From a virus (Duplodnaviria > Caudoviricetes), in the IMG/VR virus record IMGVR_UViG_3300025617_000113, positions 1-24,624 of that record: a stretch of DNA of 24,624 bases; one strand, written 5' to 3'. Both the position numbers and the translations under genes were made by a program. The notes beneath the pieces were generated by a model that ran no database searches, was not told the DNA's origin, and saw nothing but the letters and a program-made list of their open reading frames with translations. Positions 1 to 8,005 of the stretch are shown here, piece after piece (the first letter of the stretch is position 1; every line of letters starts with the position of its first letter).

Positions 1-1090
1 TACTACCATCTCCTTGGAACGAACCACTAAATGATCCGGTTACTCCTCCGGTCATCGTGATATCTGCTGCTCCAGGGTAGCCGATCGCTATGTTTGCTGA
101 TTGAGCTTGAAGTATTAGGTTATCTCCAACCCCTCCTGCAGAAATTGTACCGCTTCCATCAAAAAACATGTTCCCTAATATATTGAAAGTTTCTACATTA
201 GTAGCTCCGTTAAGACTTAAACTTCCGTTTGGAATAGAAACGTTACCTTGATCGTTTACTTCTAATAGGTCTGAACCGGAACTATCCTCTACAAGTAGTG
301 CTGTTGTTGCAGATGTTGAACCGGATCCTTTTACGTGTAGTTTAGCACTAGGATTAGTAGTCCCGATCCCGACGTTGGCGTTATCGTGGATACGCATTAC
401 TTCAGCGTAAGACCCACCGCCAATAAACTTTAATGCTCCTGCGTAACTACCACCAATGTTTAAATCATCGGAGGAATCTAACTCTATAATAGTTCTTTGA
501 GTTCCTCCTGAGTCTTTTTGTCTTATTTCATTATTGTTTTCTAATAATAAATTTCCGCTTATATGTAGCTTTTGAGAAGGATTAGTCGTTCCTATACCTA
601 CGTTGCCTGCTGAGGTGATGCGCATACGTTCAGCATTGCCTGAGGTTGAGAAAAACCTTAATGCTCCTGAAGAGACGCCATTGTCATAGTCAATTCTACC
701 ATTAGTTTGAGCTAAAATGATATCGTCACTAATTTTCATTTTACCGACTATGTCTAGCTTTTGAGTTGGACTTGTTGTACCAATACCTACGTTGCCTGCT
801 GAGGTAACTGAGACCCTATCATTAGACCCGTCTCTAATAAGAAGAGTAGATCCATTAAGTCTAAAATCATATTTATTAGAGTCATTCTCTAATGAAAATA
901 TATTAGAACCTCCTGAACCTGAAACCTTTATATGTAAAGGTGATGCAGGACTAGCAGTCCCAATACCAACATTATAATCATTGCTAGAGTTATCTACTTT
1001 TAAACCGCTACCTACAGGTCCTACTTGTAGTATACCTTCAATAGTAGCATCACCAAATACATCTTGATTATTAAAAAATCTAATTGCCAT
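1..1090 (-). CDS. Tail fibre/spike protein with GNVGIGT repeats (5' part; runs off the left edge)
   Basis: Not in the ORF track. Hand translation from ATG at 1090 is open to position 2 (363 codons): MAIRFFNNQDVFGDATIEG...NVGIGTASPASPLHI...AGNVGIGTTSPTQKLDI...ERMRITSAGNVGIGTTNPSQKLHI...MRIHDNANVGIGTTNPSAKLHV...VTGSFSGSFQGDGS. Four NVGIGT..P...L repeats are typical of trimeric fibre shafts. Confidence 0.85.
   Translation of the reverse strand, partial: MAIRFFNNQDVFGDATIEGILQVGPVGSGLKVDNSSNDYNVGIGTASPASPLHIKVSGSGGSNIFSLENDSNKYDFRLNGSTLLIRDGSNDRVSVTSAGNVGIGTTSPTQKLDIVGKMKISDDIILAQTNGRIDYDNGVSSGALRFFSTSGNAERMRITSAGNVGIGTTNPSQKLHISGNLLLENNNEIRQKDSGGTQRTIIELDSSDDLNIGGSYAGALKFIGGGSYAEVMRIHDNANVGIGTTNPSAKLHVKGSGSTSATTALLVEDSSGSDLLEVNDQGNVSIPNGSLSLNGATNVETFNILGNMFFDGSGTISAGGVGDNLILQAQSANIAIGYPGAADITMTGGVTGSFSGSFQGDGS
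566..805. repeat. Intragenic direct repeat, 189-nt (63-codon) period
   Basis: ATACCTACGTTGCCTGCTGAGGT is identical at 594-616 and 783-805; TAGCTTTTGAG recurs at 566-576 and 755-765 with the same 189-nt offset. Confidence 0.85.
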
Positions 1091-1101
1091 TTATTTTTTT
1101 A

Positions 1102-2733
1102 TTATATTCCCACAGAAGTTACTAATACTCTTATAGGATTTGCTGGAGTTGCTCCAAATGTAACACTTATTGTATTATTACCTGTTCTTACAACTTCTGC
1201 ATAAACAGTATCATTGATAACTGTATCATATAATTCAACCATAACATCAAATGTATTAAAATTATGTGTAACTGTTCCACTAGCAGTTATGGTAGTTGCA
1301 TATCCTCTAGATGTATGACCAGAATCTATGTTACTAATTAACTGAAATGGATTTACAGCTTTAGTTGTATTTGATCCTGCTGTTGCTTCTGCATTACTTG
1401 CAATTAAAATTACACCAGGATTTGTTTCACTAGCACTTTGCGCTGTTTCAGTTGTAAATGAAGTAATTACACCATCTGTTAATGAAATTGTATTAATTAT
1501 ATCAATACCACTTGTTGTATTATTACCTACATCTATATCTGTATCAGTACCAACAGTAGGGTTATAAGAACCTGTAGTTTCAACACCTAACTCAACACCA
1601 CCATTTTTAATAGTTACTTCACCTGCTGCACTAACTGCAAAATTATCCGAACTAAATGAAGCAATACCAACTGTTGTTGTAGATGCTAAATCAATATTAC
1701 TTTGAACTGTAGTCCAATCAGATAATGCAGATGGATTATCTGAATTTGCAATTACTACATCACCAACTCTAACTTGTTCAGTAAAAAATGTACCATCTAC
1801 CGTTACTGTATAAGTCCATCCTTTCTTTATACTATTTGGACTTGTTGTTAAATCAGGACTATTTGTTGATGCATTATAGCCACCTTGGTAAATTAAAGCA
1901 CCTGAACCAGCAAATGTTGTATCTACATAGTTCTTTGTTGCCGCATCTTGGGTTGCAGTTGGATCAACTAAATTAGTAATTTTATAATTATTAACTGATA
2001 AATCAGCTATTGGAGATGCAAGACTACTTAAAGATAAAGTATTAATTAATGCTTTATGAACATTACCTGTTGATGCAGAACTGACAATTAATGTATCACC
2101 ACCTATAGGAGTTACTAATGCACCAGATGATAATATAATATTTGAAGAACCAGAATAATTAGGTGATATTGTGCCAGTAGTAGTAATTGGCCCTCCTGTT
2201 AATCCTGCTCCAGTTGCAACATTTGTAACTGTTCCAACAAATTGATCTGTAGAGTCAATTGTTACTGTTGTACCTGTTATACTTGTAGTTACATTAGTTC
2301 CGCCTAATATTGATATTGTACCGCTTGCTGTAATTGCAGAACCCGATCCATTATCTGCAGCAGGTATTATACTTGTTACAGTACCTGTATATTGATCTGC
2401 AGAACTTATTGTTAGCTCTGTAGCACTTGTTCTTGTTACTGTTGTTGTGCCAGATCCAGTAATTGCTACATCATTAGTTGTTGCATCACTTCCGGTTAAT
2501 CTTAATGTTGTAGTTAATGTAGGAACATTAAATGTATAAGTAGTATTAAGTTCATTTCCTGACTGAATAGGTACCCATCCAGAACCTGTATACAACTGCA
2601 GTTTGTCAGTGTTTGTATCATAGTAAATTTGCCCTTCTAAAGCACCTGATGGTGCACTAGAAAGCGGATCTATAACAGCATTTTGTAATTTACTGTTAGA
2701 TAAATTTAAGTCATTTATATATCTTATTGCCAT
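1102..2733 (-). CDS. Tail fibre / fibre-like structural protein (543 aa)
   Basis: Thr/Ser/Gly-rich; EGQIYYDT motif; GTVTS/GTVTNVATGAGLTGGPITTTGTI repeats; KITNLVDPTATQDAATKNYVD neck-like motif; ASTTTVGI and ASETNPGV fibre repeats; C-terminal THNF beta domain. Confidence 0.8.
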   Translation of the reverse strand: MAIRYINDLNLSNSKLQNAVIDPLSSAPSGALEGQIYYDTNTDKLQLYTGSGWVPIQSGNELNTTYTFNVPTLTTTLRLTGSDATTNDVAITGSGTTTVTRTSATELTISSADQYTGTVTSIIPAADNGSGSAITASGTISILGGTNVTTSITGTTVTIDSTDQFVGTVTNVATGAGLTGGPITTTGTISPNYSGSSNIILSSGALVTPIGGDTLIVSSASTGNVHKALINTLSLSSLASPIADLSVNNYKITNLVDPTATQDAATKNYVDTTFAGSGALIYQGGYNASTNSPDLTTSPNSIKKGWTYTVTVDGTFFTEQVRVGDVVIANSDNPSALSDWTTVQSNIDLASTTTVGIASFSSDNFAVSAAGEVTIKNGGVELGVETTGSYNPTVGTDTDIDVGNNTTSGIDIINTISLTDGVITSFTTETAQSASETNPGVILIASNAEATAGSNTTKAVNPFQLISNIDSGHTSRGYATTITASGTVTHNFNTFDVMVELYDTVINDTVYAEVVRTGNNTISVTFGATPANPIRVLVTSVGI

Positions 2734-2737
2734 AGTC

Positions 2738-3238
2738 TTAATTTAAATATGCAAACCCTGCAAAAGGTTCGTCAAAAGTTATTGATAATACATTTGTATT
2801 AATATAATTTATATCCCCAACAACAACTTGATTGTTATTATCCACAACTGTTACAGATGGAAATTTACCTAAATTATGTGTAATTGTCCAAACTATTAAT
2901 GGAGTTGCTTGAGTAAATATAAATGTACCTTCAGATTTTAATAATAATTCTAAATCAATAATGGTACAAACATTTGTTGGTGTTTCTGGACATAATAAAC
3001 TTGCTTCTTCATTAACCGATACAAGTGGTTCAATAAAGACTCCTGGTATATTACTATAAATAACAGTTTTGTTGGTAGCACTATTTTTCCAATCACATAA
3101 ATATTTATCTATTGTTACATTAACTAAATTACTAAAACAACATTGAGTAATCCCAAGTTTTTGCTCACGATATACTCCATTTATTGCATTAGCAAATTTT
3201 TGTTGAATATCTATATCTTTTTTTAGTGCTTTATCCAT
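2738..3238 (-). CDS. Virion structural protein with C-terminal WTITHNL domain
   Basis: C-terminus WTITHNLGKFPSVTVVD...ITFDEPFAGFAYLN is a small beta domain common in phage tail/fibre proteins; it lies 4 nt from the downstream fibre gene. Confidence 0.65.
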   Translation of the reverse strand: MDKALKKDIDIQQKFANAINGVYREQKLGITQCCFSNLVNVTIDKYLCDWKNSATNKTVIYSNIPGVFIEPLVSVNEEASLLCPETPTNVCTIIDLELLLKSEGTFIFTQATPLIVWTITHNLGKFPSVTVVDNNNQVVVGDINYINTNVLSITFDEPFAGFAYLN

Positions 3239-3251
3239 AATTTAATTTATG

Positions 3252-3389
3252 TCAAGATGTTGATGTATTTTGTAAATTTTTTTGTTTTGCTTCCCATTCT
3301 GTTTTACATGTTTTATGTACAGTAATGCCGTTAACATTTGTTTTTTGACATCCGCAAGTAAAAGGTTTATTACAATGTTTACAATTCAT
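3252..3389 (-). CDS. 45-aa Cys/His-rich putative metal-binding microprotein
   Basis: Not in the ORF track. MNCKHCNKPFTCGCQKTNVNGITVHKTCKTEWEAKQKNLQNTSTS*; it fills the gap between co-oriented genes and has an AAACCAA-N7-ATG leader like two long genes. Confidence 0.75.
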   Translation of the reverse strand: MNCKHCNKPFTCGCQKTNVNGITVHKTCKTEWEAKQKNLQNTSTS

Positions 3390-3412
3390 AATTTTATTGG
3401 TTTTAAAATTTT

Positions 3413-3985
3413 TTATACTTTATATTTATTATTTCCACAATTTCCAGAAGGACATATAATCTTATTCAATCTTTGTTTTGCATAATTATATAATCTCATT
3501 CCTTTATCAGGCGCATTACAATATTCTACATTAGCCACGGCAGCATCAATTAAAGTTCTTATAAAATCCATTTCTTTTAATAAATCAGATTTTTCTGAAT
3601 CAGGAATCATTGGTTGTACATCTAAATCACATAATACTTCATAGTATGTTGTCATTAGTTGTGTTACTCTTAAATGATTATATTCTACAAATACTTTATC
3701 ATTTGGAGAAACACTATATTTAATAACATATGTACCATCAGGTAAATTAGATTGAATAGTTCCGCAATCTTCTTTTTGAATAAATAATGCACATGCTGTC
3801 AAACACATATCAAATCCACTATCTACTTTTATTAATGTTGTGCTTCTAAATCCAGGTAATGTAATCAATAACTCTGGACAATCTACTGCTAATTCTGTTG
3901 AATATTGGCTTGTGTCTTTAATACATAATAAACCGCAATTTGAAACGGTTGGTGTTTCTAAACTTAATATATGTTTTGTAGCCAT
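3413..3985 (-). CDS. Hypothetical Cys-rich virion-module protein (190 aa)
   Basis: Long co-oriented ORF with 10 Cys and an LPDGTYVIKYSV motif; lies between the capsid-accessory and fibre genes. Confidence 0.7.
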   Translation of the reverse strand: MATKHILSLETPTVSNCGLLCIKDTSQYSTELAVDCPELLITLPGFRSTTLIKVDSGFDMCLTACALFIQKEDCGTIQSNLPDGTYVIKYSVSPNDKVFVEYNHLRVTQLMTTYYEVLCDLDVQPMIPDSEKSDLLKEMDFIRTLIDAAVANVEYCNAPDKGMRLYNYAKQRLNKIICPSGNCGNNKYKV

Positions 3986-4010
3986 GATAATTTTTTAATT
4001 GTAGGAATAT

Positions 4011-4027
4011 ATATATAATATACAAAA
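4011..4027 (-). promoter_or_regulatory. Candidate late promoter TTTTTGTATATTATATAT
   Basis: The 12-mer TATATTATATAT (minus strand) recurs exactly at 4011-4022, 5357-5368 and 10982-10993, always intergenic and upstream of a start codon; here it follows a terminator. Confidence 0.5.
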
Positions 4028-4045
4028 ATATTAATTAATATAAAA

Positions 4046-4080
4046 TAAAAAGAGCAAGAGAGTTTACACCCCCTTGCTCT
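4046..4080 (-). terminator. Intrinsic terminator after the 394-aa gene
   Basis: Minus strand AGAGCAAGGGGGT-GTAA-ACTCTCTTGCTCT-TTTT: 13-bp stem with two G-U pairs, GNRA loop and U-tract. Confidence 0.85.
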
Positions 4081-4115
4081 AGATATTGTTTTAGAGTTTT
4101 ACTTCTAATTAATTA

Positions 4116-5300
4116 TTATACAGTAATTGTTTCTAATGCAACGTTACTAGCAGTTACTAAATCTGCCATAAGAAGATCCATTCTTCCTAAAGTAGTAGTA
4201 TCAGTAGAATCTACATAAATCTTGTATATATACTGATCATTATCAAATACTCCAGATGGATTATTGTATCTAGGTACTACGTGTTGAATTATGTATTCAA
4301 CATAAGTACCAGTTCTATCTACAGCAGCAAGTAAATCATCAGACATTTCAATCTCACGAATACGTGCAGAATCAGCATTACCTTGGTTATAAGGAGACTG
4401 TCTGTAGTTTTCAGATAATAATAACTCTCTAAGTACTGTTTCTCCTAATACTTGAGCAGATTTTCCAGTAACAGATGTAGCAACACCACAATCATTACAA
4501 GGATCACCAGTTTCATCAAGTAAACTTGGGATAATTGTTACAGGATCTTTACCATAAAAATCTCTAGTATCAAATGAACAATCTCCAAATTTAGTATCTA
4601 CATAAGCTCCAATAAAGTTTGCTTCTGCACTTACTTGATCTGTAATAGGATCAGTTGAAGGTGTATAAGTACCATCAAGAACTTCTGCAATAGTGTACTG
4701 AGTAGTAACACCAGCAACAGTAACATCCATTGCTCCACCAGATCTCTCTGCTACAAAAGGAGAAATCAAAGGATCAGCCAATAACATTTTAGAAGCAGTT
4801 GCTAGAGCAACAGCTGGATCAATGTAAGTTTGACCGTCTACACAACATACATTAGCTGAATCACCAATTGCATAAGCATTGTGATTTAAAAAACGTAATG
4901 CTGGAGTTCCTTTAACATCCATTCTTACATAAAGAGATGTTCCGCATGGAACACAATTAGATGCAACAGAAAGAGTAGCAATTGATTGAACAGCAGCTAC
5001 ACCATCTTGTTTAACTAATCTGTTAATAAATTTAGGATTGATTCCTTTAGATTTTACAGACTCTTGGTATCCACCATGTCCGGGGTTACTTCCAATAGAA
5101 TCTGAACCATAAAAACTACCTTGTACAAAATATACAAGATCATTTGTGGGCAAAACTGCACCAGTTGCAATTGTTTGCCAGTTTGCATCGCTAACAAGAC
5201 CTGCTTGTCCTGCTGTTAAAGCTGAAGTAGCAACACTACCTGCATTTTCTACAGAACTAACAACAAAAGTCTTACAAAATGCTGAATTAAATAAAGCCAT
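4116..5300 (-). CDS. Putative auxiliary capsid/capsid-stabilising protein (394 aa)
   Basis: Ala/Thr/Val/Gly-rich. Its position downstream of the MCP and ring gene matches the crAss-like auxiliary capsid protein; it has its own promoter motif and terminator and shares an 18-nt start context with the MCP. Function is inferred from synteny. Confidence 0.6.
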   Translation of the reverse strand: MALFNSAFCKTFVVSSVENAGSVATSALTAGQAGLVSDANWQTIATGAVLPTNDLVYFVQGSFYGSDSIGSNPGHGGYQESVKSKGINPKFINRLVKQDGVAAVQSIATLSVASNCVPCGTSLYVRMDVKGTPALRFLNHNAYAIGDSANVCCVDGQTYIDPAVALATASKMLLADPLISPFVAERSGGAMDVTVAGVTTQYTIAEVLDGTYTPSTDPITDQVSAEANFIGAYVDTKFGDCSFDTRDFYGKDPVTIIPSLLDETGDPCNDCGVATSVTGKSAQVLGETVLRELLLSENYRQSPYNQGNADSARIREIEMSDDLLAAVDRTGTYVEYIIQHVVPRYNNPSGVFDNDQYIYKIYVDSTDTTTLGRMDLLMADLVTASNVALETITV

Positions 5301-5356
5301 AATTTTTAATTTTAAAGTTTAATAAATATATATAATTGTTTTTGTACTTATTGTAC

Positions 5357-5368
5357 ATATATAATATA
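5357..5368 (-). promoter_or_regulatory. Candidate late promoter TATATTATATAT
   Basis: Exact copy of the recurrent intergenic 12-mer, about 57 nt upstream of the 394-aa gene. Confidence 0.45.
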
Positions 5369-5380
5369 ATGATTTTTTTT

Positions 5381-5857
5381 TTAAAAAAGAAAGATTAATT
5401 TATATTTTGCTGAATTAACAGCATCTTTAATGATATCTAAATTATTTACTATCTCAGAATGTGGCATAACAGCTTGTAATTCATCTATTTGAACTTTCAT
5501 CATTCTTAAATATTCAATAGCACCATCTATACCAGATAATGTAACAGGAGCTTTCTCAGGATAATTTAAAATTAACTCACAAGCACCTTGATATCCTTCT
5601 GCAATCTCATCTGCTAAATCAGGAAGCTTATCATAAATTTCATTCAATGCTTTATGTTGTGCATATGAACCATCACCTGTAACTTGCAAATGTAACTTGT
5701 GAAAACTTGTAGCAGCATTCATAACTTCAACAACTAAACTTGCAGTCATTGCATCTACCATTTTCATATCTGTTGATCTTTCCATCATTGATTCTTTAAC
5801 AGAAGATGATCTACTTAATGTTTTTCCTTTCTTTTTTAAATTTCTTGAATAATCCAT
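5381..5857 (-). CDS. dps: Dps/ferritin-like protein
   Basis: HKLHLQVTGDGSYAQHKALNEIYDKLPDLADEIAE matches the Dps pattern HxxVxG..(F/Y)..H....E.Y......D.xAE; four-helix-bundle size; basic N-terminal tail (RNLKKKGK). Confidence 0.8.
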   Translation of the reverse strand: MDYSRNLKKKGKTLSRSSSVKESMMERSTDMKMVDAMTASLVVEVMNAATSFHKLHLQVTGDGSYAQHKALNEIYDKLPDLADEIAEGYQGACELILNYPEKAPVTLSGIDGAIEYLRMMKVQIDELQAVMPHSEIVNNLDIIKDAVNSAKYKLIFLF

Positions 5858-5859
5858 AA

Positions 5860-6567
5860 TTAATTATTTCGGTCTGCAGAAGCTTGCCCTCTTTGTTGTT
5901 GATATATGTTTTCAATATCTCCTGCTATTAAAGCTGCAGTATCATCTAATAATAATTCTACTAAATCATCTTTAAATTCACAAGGAACATCTACAGTACT
6001 TACTTGTCCTGTATAAGGATCAGTACATCCTAGAATTTGAATAAATTGTGGTTTTCTATAATATGTTAATACTGGATTAACAATATTAAAATCAGAATTT
6101 TTATAGATTCTAATTTTATTACCTATCATAGTACAAAATGTTTCACCCCATTCAAAATCAGGATTCTTTAATGGATCTCTAAGTAATAAAGAAACATTAG
6201 CTTCTTCTGCTAAATAAACAGTCATTGAACGCGGATCTGGACAACATTCACTAGTTGCGTCAGTTGTAACTCTTTTATATTCTAAATATTGATCTACTGG
6301 AAAGTTATCAGTTTCAAAATATTTATCGTTTATTGTACCTGTTAAAGATAGTTCAATCAATAAAGGTTGTAAATCATCTATTCTTCTTTTAGATAATTCA
6401 TCACCCTCCTTATATAAATTATTACCATGTAGATTTCTTCTACACCATTCTAATTGAGCTTTATTAAAAGCTTCTACAAATTGCCAACATTCTATGTTAT
6501 CATAATCTTGACTATCAAGTTTATTAAGCCTTTGTTTTAATTTAATTTGGAGAGTGTTATTATTCAT
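5860..6567 (-). CDS. Putative tail ring/neck (head-tail connector) protein (235 aa)
   Basis: N-terminal LNKLDS...FNKAQLEW and later LTYYRKP...CEF motifs, plus position shortly after the MCP, resemble crAss-like ring proteins. Confidence 0.6.
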   Translation of the reverse strand: MNNNTLQIKLKQRLNKLDSQDYDNIECWQFVEAFNKAQLEWCRRNLHGNNLYKEGDELSKRRIDDLQPLLIELSLTGTINDKYFETDNFPVDQYLEYKRVTTDATSECCPDPRSMTVYLAEEANVSLLLRDPLKNPDFEWGETFCTMIGNKIRIYKNSDFNIVNPVLTYYRKPQFIQILGCTDPYTGQVSTVDVPCEFKDDLVELLLDDTAALIAGDIENIYQQQRGQASADRNN

Positions 6568-6578
6568 TTCCTAAAAAT

Positions 6579-7595
6579 TTATGAGTTCCAGTATGGTTCT
6601 ATCTTATTTAATAAAGATGTTAAACTTTCATCATTCTCAGGATTCTTTAAAAATTCTAAACATTCAGAAGGAGTTTTTCCTAATCTAATACCACTATCAA
6701 TAGGTTCAATCCATCCCCCTGCTTTAGTAGTAATAAATCTATAATATAAACTATCTTTAATTAAAGCTCTTATTTTTAATTCTTCCATATCTAATGCGGC
6801 AACATCTGAAAATTGTGAAGCTGCTCTTTTCTTAGATGACTCAGCACCATTACCATTAATGTATTCATCCATATTTTCATACAGTACATCATTAGGTGTA
6901 CTCTTAACATACTGAGCGCTATTTGCATCACATATTTTAGCTACATACATTAACTTATTTGTATTTGTATCATATAAATTTTGTAAAGATGATAATGCTT
7001 TATTTCTTAACTTACTAATTTCAGTTCTAGTAGTTAATGTTTCTTGCATACTATCTAAATAAAATTTAGGAGAATTATTTGAATTTTTAGCTTCTTTTAA
7101 TGATTTAGCTACTATAGAAAATCCACCTGCATTAATTGCGTATAATTTTATTAAATCATACGGATCTGTTTGTGGGTCTAAAAATACTGGATCATTTCCA
7201 CATCTTAAACTAATTTTATCCCAAAATGCAGAATTATCAGGTCTCATTACTGTAAGTTTATTCCAAAAATCTTTATCTTCAGGATCAACTACATTAGCTG
7301 CTAATTCTGCTTCCAGTTGTGCAACAACTTTTCTAATTTCTTTAATTTTTGTTTTTCTTTCTTCAGGAGCTAGTTTTTTAACTTCCGGAGCAAATTCATT
7401 TAATCCTGTAACATATCTTTTAACACCGTTCATTTCTAAACATGCTAAAGACTCTTCATGAAATACTCCATCGTGGAGTGATAATCCATACTGCTCTAAT
7501 CCCATATTTTCAGTATTAGGATTGAAAAATGGACGTATTGCAATACTTTGATTTTTTGATTGCTGATACTTTTCTACAATTGTGTAATCTGTCAT
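6579..7595 (-). CDS. Conserved post-capsid hypothetical protein (338 aa)
   Basis: Long ORF in the slot of the conserved crAss-like gene following the MCP; C-terminal LGKTPSECLEFLKNPEN motif. Confidence 0.65.
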   Translation of the reverse strand: MTDYTIVEKYQQSKNQSIAIRPFFNPNTENMGLEQYGLSLHDGVFHEESLACLEMNGVKRYVTGLNEFAPEVKKLAPEERKTKIKEIRKVVAQLEAELAANVVDPEDKDFWNKLTVMRPDNSAFWDKISLRCGNDPVFLDPQTDPYDLIKLYAINAGGFSIVAKSLKEAKNSNNSPKFYLDSMQETLTTRTEISKLRNKALSSLQNLYDTNTNKLMYVAKICDANSAQYVKSTPNDVLYENMDEYINGNGAESSKKRAASQFSDVAALDMEELKIRALIKDSLYYRFITTKAGGWIEPIDSGIRLGKTPSECLEFLKNPENDESLTSLLNKIEPYWNS

Positions 7596-7642
7596 AATAA
7601 ATTGGTTTGTTTAAATATTTAATAATTATTGTTAATTCAAAT

Positions 7643-7702
7643 GTGCATATATATGCACTTTATTAATATTAATATTTCTATAGCCAAGATTATCTTGACT
7701 AT
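7643..7702. promoter_or_regulatory. Intergenic palindrome plus hairpin
   Basis: Perfect 16-bp palindrome GTGCATATATATGCAC (7643-7658); minus-strand hairpin ATAGTCAAGA-TAA-TCTTGGCTAT (7680-7702) without a U-tract. Confidence 0.5.
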
Positions 7703-7713
7703 GGTTATTTAAA

Positions 7714-7935
7714 TTAGATAACTATTTTTAATACCCCAGCTGTATGATATAAATCTCCTTTAACTAATCCTGCAGCTTTTGCAGCAGCATCATCAGCATA
7801 TTCTAAATCTGCAGCTTCTCTCACCCAATTAATAACAGCATTTACATGAAGAAGTCTAGCCAAACCTGTAACATTTGTTTTATCTTCATATAAAGGATCT
7901 TGAAATTTTTGAGTTACTTTTTTTAATTGTGCCAT
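7714..7935 (-). CDS. Small head decoration/fibre-like protein (73 aa)
   Basis: C-terminal YADDAAAKAAGLVKGDLYHTAGVLKIV resembles a module seen at the ends of phage fibre proteins; immediately downstream of the MCP. Confidence 0.55.
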   Translation of the reverse strand: MAQLKKVTQKFQDPLYEDKTNVTGLARLLHVNAVINWVREAADLEYADDAAAKAAGLVKGDLYHTAGVLKIVI

Positions 7936-7957
7936 ATTATAATATTTTTAAAAGGTT

Positions 7958-7993
7958 AAAAAAAAAGGGAGGAAGTTTTAACCGCCTCCCTTT
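7958..7993 (-). terminator. Intrinsic terminator after the major capsid gene
   Basis: Minus strand AAAGGGAGGCGGTTAAAACTTCCTCCCTTTTTTTTT: GC-rich stem plus U9. Confidence 0.85.
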
Positions 7994-8005
7994 AAATTAT
8001 TATTC

